Assembly: GCF_040938485.1 (NCBI RefSeq)
Contig: NW_027270981.1
Coordinates: 992,001-1,056,000 of the forward strand
From: Diadema antillarum
Taxonomy: Eukaryota
DNA: 64,000 bases
Reading direction: 5' to 3'
In this document: positions 22,318-33,791 of the stretch, one piece after another
How the letters are laid out: each line of letters starts with the position of its first letter
Numbering within the stretch: the first letter of the stretch is position 1
Position numbers and translations under genes: made by a program
Notes under the pieces: generated by a model
Databases searched by the model: none
The model's input: only the letters and a program-made list of their open reading frames with translations
What the model was told of the DNA's origin: nothing

Positions 22318-25116
22318 CTATACTGGAATGGCATCATTTATTACCTTGTTTGATCTAAAGTTCTTCTCAAGCTTTGCCCAGAACAAGTCCTGTCCATATT
22401 CATCCTCTTCCCATTTTAAGTATGGTCTGTTAGCACTCAGGAAGAGCCGCACAAGATAAGGAAGTTGGTTTTCTTCCAAATCCTCCTTGAAAATCAAAAC
22501 AATTTTGTCCAAATTGGTTTCGTTAATGTGTTCTAATGCCATGCGCAGCTTGGTCATAAACCATGGCTCCTCCACCGACTGGTTGCTGATCACAAGAACA
22601 GTCTTGTAGCTGTTTTCCAGGGCATGTTGGATGGCATCTACTAAGTACATACCAATGTGAAGATAGTCGTCACCCCAGAGAATGCTTTCAAACTGGGGAA
22701 ATTTTTCTTCCATGGCTGGTCTCATGACATTGTTGACCCAGTCTTCATCCCCATCAGAGAACATGATGTTAAGCTGGTGCCTATAGTCCTGTATTTGTTG
22801 ATTGTCCTCCACTTCCTCATAGCCCAAGATGGCTAGCTTCAGAAGATAGAGCCGGTAGCGAAACCACCAGCGCTTATAGTATACGACTATGGCCACAAGT
22901 CCCACCATGATAAGGACCAAGGAAACTGATACTATTAGAGTCACATTTAAGCTGCAGAATTCTTCAGGATTGAAGATTAGAAAAGGATGATCGACTAAAG
23001 ATTCAAATGATGATCTTGAGCAAACTGTCTTATTTGGTTGCCCAAAGACAACATTGCTTAGCTCGACCCACTTTCTAAACCAGGCTAAATTGCATGTGCA
23101 TGAGAGCGGGTTTTGTGATAAGTCTAGAACGCGCATTGTTGTGGGAAATATTGTATTAGGAAGTATGGTTGTGATGCGATTCTCAAATAGAAATAATTTG
23201 AGAAGATGAGGTGTGTCATTGAATAGAGTGAGCGGCAAAAACCTAACTGAACTCTTTTCAAAGAAAAGATTTCTGAGACTGTGGAGACCATACAGGGCAT
23301 GTACGGATGGCTCTTGAATTTGGTTTCCCCTGAGATACAATGTTGTCAAGGAAGTCAAATTTTGAAACAGTCCTGGTTTCAGTGTGTAAATATCAGAGTC
23401 AGAGATATCCAAGGATTTCAAGTTTGTCAGTGAACTAAAGGTTCCAGTTTCCATGTTGTTCAAGGAATTTCCCTGCAGGTAAAGCCTCTCAAGCACTGCT
23501 TGATCAGCAAACAGGGAGTTGTTTGTTTTGTTGTCAAACAAACTTTCACTTACTAAATTGTTATAACGTAAACCAAGTTCTTGTAGTGATACAGCTCCTG
23601 TGAATTGATATGTGGAATTCATTCTAAGTTTCGTATGGGACAATTCCAGTATTTGTAGTTTACTCAAATTACGAAAAACTTCACATAGGTAAGAGTAGAC
23701 TTCTGAGGTCAGATACAGTTCTTGCAGATGTGGTGTTTGTGCAAATACAAAAGGAGAATATTGTGTGATCTTATTGTGGGACACCTTCAGAACTTTGAGA
23801 TTTGGGACTCCTGCAAACAAGCTTCGAGGAAGTTTATCTAAACTGTTAAAAGAGATGTCTAGAGTGAGCAGAGTTTTCATGGGCCAGGGTCTGTTTTTGA
23901 AGGTGTGAAGCATGTTATTGGAGAGATTAAGGTGTTGTATCTTGGACAGCTGTGCGAAGGAGTCGGGATGGAATATCAAAATTTCATTATGGGAAATCTT
24001 TAAATGGAGAAGGTTTTTATTGCAGTGAAATGCATCCAATGGCAGAAAGGAAATGCGATTTCCAGATATGTCCAGGCTCTGCAATGAATGAAGTCCACAA
24101 AAAGATGTGTTTGCAAGACCTGTGATCCTGTTCTGCTCCATTTTAAGACTTACTGTGTGATGGAAACCCCAAAATGCATAATGAGGGATATCAGAAATTC
24201 TATTACCACTCAACTCAATGTTCAGTATGTGAGGAATGGGAAGTCTATTGCGTGTAGACTTGTTCAGTGGAATTACTTCCTTGAGCATAGTACCATATAG
24301 TGACAGTTTCTCAATCTGTAAGTTACCCATGAATGCCAGCACTTCAAATTTGTTAATATTATTACTATCAACGATAACCCTATTAACAGTTGTAAGGTCA
24401 GAGAATATTCCAGGTATTATTTCAGTGATTTTGTTACTACTGAGGTTTAAAATATGCATGGAGTTATTTTGTAGGGGGAAAAAAGCATGTTTAGGAATGA
24501 TGCTAATATCATTCCCTGCCAAGTATATGTCAGTTACTCTCTTCCAGCAAGAGACAGACTGAAAATCAAATGATTGTATTGAATTTTTTGACAGATAAAG
24601 TGTCTCTAACTTTGATAAGTCTTTCATTGCTGTTATAGGCACAGAAGTAAACAAATTATTTCGTAAATCTAAGCTAGTGAGATTCTCATTAGAATCAAAT
24701 AGCCCATAATGAATTTCAGTCAACTTATTTCCTGAAAGAGATAATGTTTCAAGATTGATAAGAGGTGTGAGAGCAGCAATTTCTATATGAATGATGACAT
24801 TCTCCCTCAAACTTAAGGTCATTAGATTCCAGAGGTGTGTAAAGGAGCTGTTTTGAAGTTGTGATATAAGGTTGTTTGATAAATCTAAAGTGATGGTCCT
24901 GTTTGGGAGGTCTTGGGGAACTGACGTCAGATGGCAGTGGTTGCAGTAGGCCTTGATACTTTGGCTGGTCTCCTTGAAGTGGCAACAATTGTGTTGGAGA
25001 GGCATCATCTGGCCCATTGGGGAGTCAGCCGACACTGACAGCAGGTGTGCTATCCACAGCACCAGTAGAATGAAATTCAGAGCACACATTGAGGAATGCA
25101 TTCTGAATGCAAGCAT
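22318..25116 (-). CDS. Toll-like receptor TLR-B, 932 aa
   Basis: Same architecture as TLR-A; intact ORF; acceptor ttttcacag 31 nt before the ATG. Confidence 0.97.
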   Translation of the reverse strand: MLAFRMHSSMCALNFILLVLWIAHLLSVSADSPMGQMMPLQHNCCHFKETSQSIKAYCNHCHLTSVPQDLPNRTITLDLSNNLISQLQNSSFTHLWNLMTLSLRENVIIHIEIAALTPLINLETLSLSGNKLTEIHYGLFDSNENLTSLDLRNNLFTSVPITAMKDLSKLETLYLSKNSIQSFDFQSVSCWKRVTDIYLAGNDISIIPKHAFFPLQNNSMHILNLSSNKITEIIPGIFSDLTTVNRVIVDSNNINKFEVLAFMGNLQIEKLSLYGTMLKEVIPLNKSTRNRLPIPHILNIELSGNRISDIPHYAFWGFHHTVSLKMEQNRITGLANTSFCGLHSLQSLDISGNRISFLPLDAFHCNKNLLHLKISHNEILIFHPDSFAQLSKIQHLNLSNNMLHTFKNRPWPMKTLLTLDISFNSLDKLPRSLFAGVPNLKVLKVSHNKITQYSPFVFAQTPHLQELYLTSEVYSYLCEVFRNLSKLQILELSHTKLRMNSTYQFTGAVSLQELGLRYNNLVSESLFDNKTNNSLFADQAVLERLYLQGNSLNNMETGTFSSLTNLKSLDISDSDIYTLKPGLFQNLTSLTTLYLRGNQIQEPSVHALYGLHSLRNLFFEKSSVRFLPLTLFNDTPHLLKLFLFENRITTILPNTIFPTTMRVLDLSQNPLSCTCNLAWFRKWVELSNVVFGQPNKTVCSRSSFESLVDHPFLIFNPEEFCSLNVTLIVSVSLVLIMVGLVAIVVYYKRWWFRYRLYLLKLAILGYEEVEDNQQIQDYRHQLNIMFSDGDEDWVNNVMRPAMEEKFPQFESILWGDDYLHIGMYLVDAIQHALENSYKTVLVISNQSVEEPWFMTKLRMALEHINETNLDKIVLIFKEDLEENQLPYLVRLFLSANRPYLKWEEDEYGQDLFWAKLEKNFRSNKVINDAIPV

Positions 25117-25649
25117 GGTACCTTCAAAATGGTGTTACTTCCGCTTCCTGTGAAAAGTTGATAGCAGATTCACACTGCAGCCACGTCCAGTTCAGGAGTG
25201 CATATTTCAACAGCCAGTAAGTGTATTGTCCAAAGTTGAGCAGCAATGTATGTTGCAATCACCTCTTGTAGTCGTTGGAATGTCTGTATGTCAGTTAGGA
25301 AAGATGATGTTCGAGGAGTGCAATAATGTTACACTGTATACGGCTGTATCAGATGCTCAGATTGCTGTCTGTACAATATTCAAACCACATGGAACAATTT
25401 CAAGTTGTGATGCTCATTTCGTAGTCGCCATATTACCCCGCCATACTGACAACCTCACGCCAAGGTTGAAGTGTCCTTGTCTCAGTCTGGAAAGAAGTAT
25501 TTTGAGTTGGTCAGATTGTACCAGCTGCAGAGTGCTCAGATGATGTATGAGGGCGGTGATGAGGTGGCTTTATAATAGTTCCCATTCCAGTCAGTCTTGC
25601 ATGTAGTCAGGGTTGAGGATTGAAATTTAGGTCCTGTGAGTCCAGCTGG

Positions 25650-25900
25650 GATGAGCTAGCAGTGTTACCTGGTATTGTGCTACGAGCCAGCATTAGCAGT
25701 ATTGCCCGGTATTGTGCTATACGATCCAGTAGGAGGCAAAAACAGTGCCAGTTTTAAGATATGAATGGGGGTCCGATATATGCGAAAATCTTAACTCATG
25801 AGCATGAAATATCCTACCACATTCCTCTTTGGAAGGAGCAGACTGCACCCTCGAAATGGTCCATCCCAACACAGGTGATTGATGCTATGGATCCCTTGTA
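25650..25900 (+). mobile_element. Old SINE-core remnant upstream of TLR-B
   Basis: GAGGCAAAAACAGTGCC...GGGGTCC...AACTCATG...GGAAGGAGCAG aligns to the other copies. Confidence 0.55.
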
Positions 25901-26374
25901 GTTCACCGCACATCAGGTTATTGGCAATAGCCTGCAAACAGTATCAATTCTTCACAATATGACTTGTGAATGAATGCATAGAACCATGTTCATGTGTAGG
26001 TCAAGCTGTAACAGATACCTGATGCAAAATGGAAAGCTCTGCTAGCTGTTCTTGCATGAACAATTTCAGAGTACTATAAAAACCATTATTTTTTGCAAGG
26101 TCTATATGATTGACAGTCACTTGAAAGAAATACACTGCATATGTACAGTGTTGTGTCTGTCCTGGAACCTTATTGAGTGTATGAAATGATAGAAAGTGTA
26201 ATTCTGGAAGCATGTTCTCTAGTTACACAGAAATATGATCTAAAATTAGTGCAGACTCATCCATGTGTCTTTAAAGTAATACATGACTGTCAGATTCAGT
26301 TGAGACAGTAATTGAAACTGCAGCTTGATTTCTGATATGTATCCAATGAAGATTTACTTTGTAATTGGTGTTGT

Positions 26375-26434
26375 ATTAAGGAATGTGTCCTGAATGCTGG
26401 CATGAGACCCTCAAAATGCTGTTTCTTCCACTTC
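26375..26434 (-). pseudogene. TLR 5' relic (splice acceptor plus first 9 codons MPAFRTHSL); rest of gene deleted
   Basis: 26375-26540 aligns to TLR-A 14185-14350; ATG at 26403, acceptor ttttcaaag at 26435-26443; homology to TLR coding sequence stops abruptly at ~26375. Confidence 0.85.
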
Positions 26435-27049
26435 CTTTGAAAATTTGACAACAGCATGAAGATCTTTTGGGCAAACAAGCTATTGACAGTATGCAGTCTA
26501 CAAATATCAGATTTCTGTGAGTGCAACGGTAGTCCAGGGAACTGTGTATCCCATGTAGCTGCTTCCAGTTAATTAAGATTACGAATTTCAGCTCTCAATA
26601 AGAGTTTAATACCAAGTTGAAGAGCAATGTGTTTCCACCTTTTGCAGTTGTTGGAACAACTCAACCTCGGTCAGGAAGGATTATATCAGAGCAGTGAAAC
26701 ATGTTTACAGCTGGGGTATTTATATAAAATGCTCAGGTTGATGGCTGTGAGTTATCAAAATTGCTTTCTATATAGTGCTTCTGATACTCACAGTTTCAAG
26801 TTGTTCACAGTATTGCTCATCCATTCCTACAACGACATGCAAGGGTTAAAATGTCCATTAAGCGTCTCAAAGTCCAGAAAGAATTACTGGATATTCATAG
26901 AAAATCAGTACAGTTGGTCAGATGTTGCATCAAAGTGCCTTGATGATTCACTCCTAAGACACTGTAATGGCAAGGAGATGGCTGTAGTTCAAAGGTCAGT
27001 TGGACTTGCCATTAAGATTGAGGCTTGAAGTTGAGGTCCTGCTAGTCTT

Positions 27050-27196
27050 AGGTGGGATGAGCAAGTGTTGCCCATCTAAAATTGCTGTCCTTTAGACCAG
27101 ATTTAAAATGGAAGCCTGATGTACTTGTGAGAAAGTCTTGACTCATCCACATAAATGGTCTTACCATACTTCTCTTTGCAAGGAGCAGGAAGGGTG
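27050..27196 (+). mobile_element. Old SINE-core remnant upstream of the TLR relic (truncated)
   Basis: Paralog of 14865-14998; TGACTCA at 27139. Confidence 0.6.
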
Positions 27197-27213
27197 CAGG
27201 GATGTATCCAGGA

Positions 27214-27245
<32 letters not shown>

Positions 27246-27669
27246 TTTGTAATCACAATTTTCTGACCTTCACCATTGCGAGGGAGCGGAGTAACCGAGC
27301 GAGGGGAGGGTTTTGGAGGGGGCTGTCCCCCCTCCCACGGTAGGGACTTTTTGAATTTTATATCTTAAAATGGGGCCATTTGGTGCAATGAAAAGTGGCT
27401 TTTTGAGGAAAATTGATAAACATAGCAGTAGGGCTTAGAAATAAGGTATGGCAGATTAGTAAAACTAAGTTACAAAATTTACTTGGTTTTTTGACTAATT
27501 GCTGGAACACCACCTGGTCACTTTTTTTTCCTGTTGTATATAGGGTAAAAATCCCTCAAAAAACAAAATTGTCTTTTACAATAAGTGGACCTTTCAATTT
27601 TTTTTTTTTTTTTTTTTTGGGGGGGGGGGGGGGGGGTCGTACGACCCTCCCGACCCCCCTTGCATACAC
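27197..27669. mobile_element. hAT-like element fragment at a deletion junction
   Basis: Starts CAGGGATGTATCCAGGATTTTT followed by poly-G and ends CCCCTTGCATACAC; flanks correspond to 14998 and ~17085 of the paralog; no TSD. Confidence 0.55.
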
Positions 27670-29589
27670 ATTTTGTGAGAGTTTCACAAAATTTCATCTT
27701 TTGAAAAAAATACACATTCCCTTGACATGTTACTGATGTATGTCATGGGTAATATTATTCCCCCTACATTTAGAAAGAGGCAAGTCAAATGCTCTTTTAT
27801 TATGCGAAAAAAATCAGAATATGTTGAATTTTCTTTACATTTTCTTTATACTGTCGTACTCATATGACATCACAAGCTATAGTAGTCTCCTCGCCAGCAG
27901 TTCCAACACAAAAGATTTAAAAATTCATAACTTTGCATCGATTGTCCAATTTTCCTCAAACTTTCACTGATGTGTTCTACTAATATTGCTGCATTTTCTC
28001 AATCCTTATGTTTATGAAGGTGAACTTGTCCTGTAAGATTATCGTATCTAAACAAATCTTAATATCTACTCAGAAATCAAATGCTCTGTAACAGCTCAAT
28101 ACTGACAATTGTGAATAAACATTGTATGTAAAGACTAAAAAAGAATGTTATTCTATCAATATGTATCCATACAAATTTGGAAAACCCTCACACAGTTGTA
28201 TGTAGCAGATGTGATCAATAGTGTGCTCATGTACTGCTCTCTTGGAATTACATTTGGAGACTTTTGCCATACTGTCTATGCCATTATGCTCTTTGCCAAC
28301 AGTGTATCAGTTCAAATGTGAGACAGTTCAAGGTATCTGTGGCAATATGTAGAGCTTGTCACATTTAACTTTTCTCATGGATACATGGTTCCCTAAATAA
28401 GATATCGAGCCTACATTTCCATTCAAACTTTTTTCTTTTTCTGTGTATGGCAAGCATAATTTTAAGTTAATGGAGGGCAGAAAAAAAAATAGGAAAAACT
28501 CCCTTAAATGTCAGTAAAACTATTCCAGGCAAGATATATGATAAAAGCGTGGGCAACATTTTATTTCATTGTGTGAGGACTCGCAGTACATTGAAGTGAA
28601 TATTGGTATGTGACATTTCATGTTCATTCATTTTTATATAGCATACAATCACCTATTACATCTACAATAATTGCAGAATATCTGGCATGTATTTCTTGGC
28701 CTCTTCCTTTATGGACCTTCATTCTTTTTAATTTTTCAAAGATTTAACCAAGTTCTTACATGGTAACACATATTGCAAAATTGAAATGTTGAATTATTCA
28801 TTGATGATATAAATTAGAGTCATGCAAATAGACAACAGCTTTATGTAGCTACAGAGGTTAATTTTCAAAAACCAGAAAGAGACATCTAGATTTGTGTCAG
28901 GGTTTGTTACAGACAAAACCACTCTATACACCAATTATATTGTGGTGGTGTACCAATATTAGTGTGCAATACAGTATAGGCAGAGAATATGTAGGCATGG
29001 CTTTACATATGTCATCATTCACTTTGCATATCAATGGTGATATAAATGGAAAGCCATAGTGTTTATCCTAACTGTAACGATTCCTTTCTCATCATAATTT
29101 CCTTACTAAATTCTGACGTTGTGATTTCACAGAGTCTATGCTTTTTTTTTTTTCAATTTACATCATTCCTTTTGGAAGCACAAATGTACGTCAATTACGC
29201 AAGGACAAGAGAACTTCTACACAACACAAAAAGAGAGAGTGAAACAAACAACTAACTAAACAAACAACGAACCAAGCTGTTGTTTTGCACAGTTTATACT
29301 TCACATAATGTCATCAGTCAAGCATATCTTACATTCAAATAGGGCATTTCTCTCTATTGCACAATGTGGGCACACTCAGTCTAAAACAATCACTTATAAA
29401 TACACAGGGTACCCTGTCAACTAACAGTGGGGGAAAAAACCAAAACAAACAAAACAACCTGCTATCAATTCTTTAAAAACAACAACACAACAACAACAGC
29501 CATCCTGTGTGATACCTGTGGTAAAAAACGACTGCATACATAGAGACAGATAACACACACACACTGTACGCGTACCACCCCCCCCCCCC

Positions 29590-29890
29590 CTCTTCATGCA
29601 AAAACAAACTTAAAGTAGTGTCAATGCCACTGAGGGAAACTAGCCTACTGTTCAAACATCTGAATAATGAGCTCATTAAATTGCTTTGTTGGTGAATTCT
29701 CACACAGTGAAGAGAAGGAATCATCTATCAGTTTATCACTGATGAAGGAAGTAAAATACCGGACTGTAAATGGCTCTCATCAGATATTCATACTTTAAAG
29801 AGAGATGAGTATTGATCCAGTAGCATACCCATGTTTTGAACCTCAGTTCTCACAGTGAGTCTGCTATTGTTTCTGAGGGTAGTGAGAAAT
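29590..29890. promoter_or_regulatory. Conserved non-coding ETS block (copy 3)
   Basis: CTCACAC at 29699, AAGGAAGT at 29745. Confidence 0.45.
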
Positions 29891-30104
29891 ATTAACCCCT
29901 TGAAGAAGGTCCCGAGAATACTCGGGAAGGTGCTTATGGGAAAGGCATGTTATAGCAAAATCAGTCCATCCTCAGCAGTTTTAGGATCATTTATGGAAAG
30001 AAAAATGCTGTAAAACCTGTATATTCTTCAATAGAAATAGTTATTGTCTAAGAAAAATGTAGCATGAGCAGTGCCTGTCAACTATAGGTTATAGGTGCTT
30101 CCTG

Positions 30105-31353
30105 TTTTTATGCCTCCGCCACGAAGTGGTGCCGGAGGCATTATGTTTTCGGGTTGTCCGTCCGTCCGTACGTACGTCCGTACGTCCGTCCGCTTTCGTT
30201 TACGCGATAACTTGAGTAATATTTACTGGAATTTTACCAAACTTGGTCCAAGTATGAAGTATGATGGGGCAATTATTTGATTAGAATTTGGGTGAGATCG
30301 AATTTCACCAAACTTTGTTGGAGGATGATGTATGATGGGACAATTACTTGATTAGTTTTTCAGTGAAATCGGACAGAGGTCAAAGGTCAAAGATCAAGGT
30401 CAAATCCTAAAATTTATCTTTTTATGTGATAACTCAAAACTGGATGAAGCAGCTTTCACCAAACTTGGTCCAAGGATGATGTATGATGGGACAATTAGTT
30501 GATATGATTTTAGTGACATTGGCAAGAGGTCAAAGGTCAAAAGGTCAAGGTCAAATGCTATAAATGTTGCAGTTTCCCCCATATCTATGCAATGCCCAAA
30601 AGTATTTTCTTGAAACTTGGTGTGGACATGAACTACTGCGTAAAGATTCTCCAGAGAGAGTTTCATGTCATAAGGTCAAAGGTCAAAAGGTCGAAGGTTA
30701 GGTGAAAATGTTGCAATATCACTTTTCTCGCAAATGGTTCAATGTATCCTAGTTGTGGAACTTGGTACATGCGCATGTACTGACTGGCAGGGATTATCTA
30801 GGGAATTTAGGGGTCATGGGTCAATAGTCAGGGGTCAAAGGTCAAGGTCAACTCCTCAAAATTTTACTATTTCCCTCATATACTAGTATATCTATGCAAT
30901 GCTTGCATTATTAGTTTCAAAACATATTACATGCATTACCTAATGGAGATTCTCTTGGAAATTTCCAGCTGGAAGGTCAAAGGTCAAAGGTTAAGGGTCA
31001 AAGGCCAGGTTTCAATGCCCCCTCCCCCCCCCAAAAAAAAAAAAAAAATCCATTTTGTACCGTCATTACACTCTTTCTTCATACCTTGGAAATTACTCAA
31101 TGCATAAACTTATAAAAAGGTTTGTCAGAATTCAAGTAAAAATTCTCAATTCCCCAAATATATTTACCTGCACTCTTAGAAAATTAAAGCAAACCCAGTT
31201 CAAGACATTTCTGACAAACCTGTCATTTCAATATTTTGCCAGTTATGTGAAACTGTCATGGATCACACATTGTGAAGACATTGTACTATACGCCTATTGG
31301 GAGAATCATGCATTATGGCGGAGGCATCAGTCGCCATAGCGACATTTCTAGTT
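30105..31353 (+). mobile_element. Helentron/DINE-1-like HINE
   Basis: Sub-TIRs ATGCCTCCGCCA (30110) and TGGCGGAGGCAT (31316); partial IR at 30131; (GTCC/GTAC)n; hairpin GTCGC-CATA-GCGAC (31330-31343); CTAG end. Confidence 0.85.
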
Positions 31354-32014
31354 ATGTTGAGTTTTTGTTTTTTATTCCCAGGGACAAACAAATTTTCAAC
31401 ATGCAAAACAGTGGTACAATATACTTACAAACGAATGGACTGGTTATTAAAGATAAATGGATAAATCTAAAAAGACACAGTTGATATCATTATTAATGGT
31501 ATCTTTATTCAACAAATTGTTCGCAGCCAGAGACTGAATTACAAATGATTTTACAAAAGTGAAAAATGTATATACACAGTATTACATAATTATACTAAGG
31601 TAAAATTACAAAATCAGAATAACACACAGGCTCATACAAAACAAGAACAATTAAAAAAAAAAAAAAAAGAGAGAAACCCTCAGACACTGCATACATAAGA
31701 AAACAGTGAAAGTTTGAATTGACGTGGACCTCAGACCCTAAAGTTTCCAAACAATTACTACCAATCAGTACATGAATATTCACAAAGTTCGATGAATGTA
31801 CATTGTACCTTGAGCCATTTCCGAGATATGAGGAAAAAATAAAATTGGAATTTTACCATTGTCACTTGATATTTGACCTTTAACCCTAAAATTTCCAAAA
31901 CAATCTCTGCCAATCAATACATACATATTCAATAAGTTCCTTGAATGTACCTTGAAACATTTCCGGGGTAATAATAAAAAAGAATAACATTTTCACCTAA
32001 CATTTAACCTTTAA

Positions 32015-32099
32015 CCCGTTGAGGACCGTTTGATTTTGCTACAACACGCAATTCCCATAGACACCTGCCTGAGTATGCTCAGGACTTGTCCTCAACGGG
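32015..32099. mobile_element. 85-bp piggyBac-type MITE
   Basis: TTAA|CCCGTTGAGGAC...GTCCTCAACGGG|TTAA; a degenerate inverted copy lies at ~29896-29980. Confidence 0.85.
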
Positions 32100-32353
32100 T
32101 TAACCTCATTGAATTAAATATTCTCTCTCTTAAGAGAAGACATGGGAGAAACAGTGGAATATTGAGCAATTGACCTTGACCCTTGACTCTAAAATTCCCA
32201 AAACAATAATTGCAAATTAGTACATTATGCATATTCATGAAGTTCCATGAATGTACCTTGAACCATTTGTGAGATATTGAAAAAAAAATGGGATTTTAAC
32301 ATTTTAACATATTTTATATTATGCATTCAAAAGTATGAACAGAGAAGTACCTT

Positions 32354-32396
32354 TCAATATCAATATCAATATCAATATCAATATCAATATCAATAT
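32354..32396. repeat. (ATATCA)n hexamer repeat
   Basis: About 7 units; the paralogous site near 19588 has ~1.5 units. Confidence 0.9.
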
Positions 32397-32435
32397 ATGA
32401 TCTGATTGTACATGACACATCCTACCTGATTAGAG

Positions 32436-32845
32436 ACTAGAAAAGCATTCGGAGAGTGCAGACCTCTGCCAAGCAGCTCATTTCCACCCATACACAGATG
32501 CTGGAAATCGCCCATTTTCCCCCTATAGAAGCCCTTTGTTTGTGTCACCTAACTTACAGCTGTGTAGCACCTTGCCTGAGAAGAGAACGTGCTTTAGTGC
32601 ATATACACACACAAACCTCAAATCTTGAACTCACAAGTTCACTGACCCCATCTGGCAAAAAAGTGGGAAAAAAAAATCCCTCAAAAATTCATGAAAGTTC
32701 CTGGATTGCTACCAAAATTTAATCTGTTCCTTGTGTCATTATCAATTTTTCCTTTAGGTTTCATCCAAATGCGTTCTTTGAGTTATTTTGCATACAGACA
32801 AACAAACAAATGCCAACAAAAAAGTAACCTCCTTGGCAGAGGTAT
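32436..32845 (-). mobile_element. HINE-type element, uninterrupted paralog of 19640-21360
   Basis: ACTAGAAAAGCATTCGGAGAGTGCAGACCTCTGCC...AACCTCCTTGGCAGAGGTA. Confidence 0.6.
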
Positions 32846-33344
32846 TCTTGCACTTTACCTTAGGTTTAATCACATTATCATCCTACCTATTGGTAGGGAA
32901 TTCGTTCATATGTTTCCCAACAAAACATTTCAAATCAGGACCATTCTTGTGAGTTATGCATTAATATGCATTTCATGCACTTACATATTGTATAACAGTG
33001 ATCATAATTCTTTAACAACCAAGCTTCAATAAGAACAATAGGTCAACACAAGCTTTTCTTGGTATTGATTTTGCCCATCATTTTACTGCTGTCTGTGACT
33101 TCCCTTCAATGGAGTTTGAGTTCTTGTACCTATCACTCACAAATCCTTGTGTTCAGTTGAAAGTCTGAAGCATAGGTTCAGTCAGTATCTGAATGAAGTC
33201 GATATGGTGGTTTCACCATAAAGTAATTACACTGGTGGCATCACACAGTGAAATTGATCAAATCATGCAACATGGGAGAGCATTAGTATGAAGTCTTGAT
33301 TTGTGGCTCACTAAATATACTGGCACCTATCTGCCTTCCCTCTC

Positions 33345-33535
33345 GTTTCGTTTTATACGCATTATGTATTTAACAAAAATGTAAGCGCATCTACTTTTCA
33401 TTTTCATAATTATCTTATGTACCTTTTCAAATTTTGTTCTGTATCACAAATATCTCGTGTATACGCAATGTACATAATTTTTTTGTTCATTTTGATGGAG
33501 GTGAAAAAAATAAAGTTGAGTTGAGTTGAGTTGAG
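33345..33535 (+). mobile_element. 5'-truncated non-LTR retrotransposon tail
   Basis: Insertion relative to the TLR-B paralog (22050), ending AATAAA(GTTGA)4. Confidence 0.55.
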
Positions 33536-33791
33536 TGCCTGTTGTGTCAGGTTTAGCGCCTTCAAGTCCAGCAATGGGGGCAGAAAGATTTAATGAATAG
33601 CGCTCGAGGATCATGCAGTCAATACTATGTCATTACGAAGAGTTTATCAATAAAACAAAGTCTCCCAGTAGGACTTCAACTACAAGAGGATAATTCTCCT
33701 CAAAGCGTTGTCACAGAGATTTGTACATAATCCAAATTGTGTATTATGAGATACTGTGAGATGCTATGCGAATGTCAAGGGGGTGTATTCT

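Larger units (their letters stand above)
14185..33790. repeat. Older segmental duplication (14185-~22300 vs 26375-~33790)
   Basis: Colinear non-coding homology, e.g. 17085-18900 vs 27670-29460, 19060-19380 vs 29590-29890, 21620-22300 vs 32880-33790; roughly 85-90% identity by eye, with lineage-specific TE insertions. Confidence 0.85.

Noticed and set aside
27221-27245. G-run as a functional G-quadruplex element
   Set aside because: Homopolymer inside a transposon fragment, like other G/C runs here; length is unreliable in assemblies.
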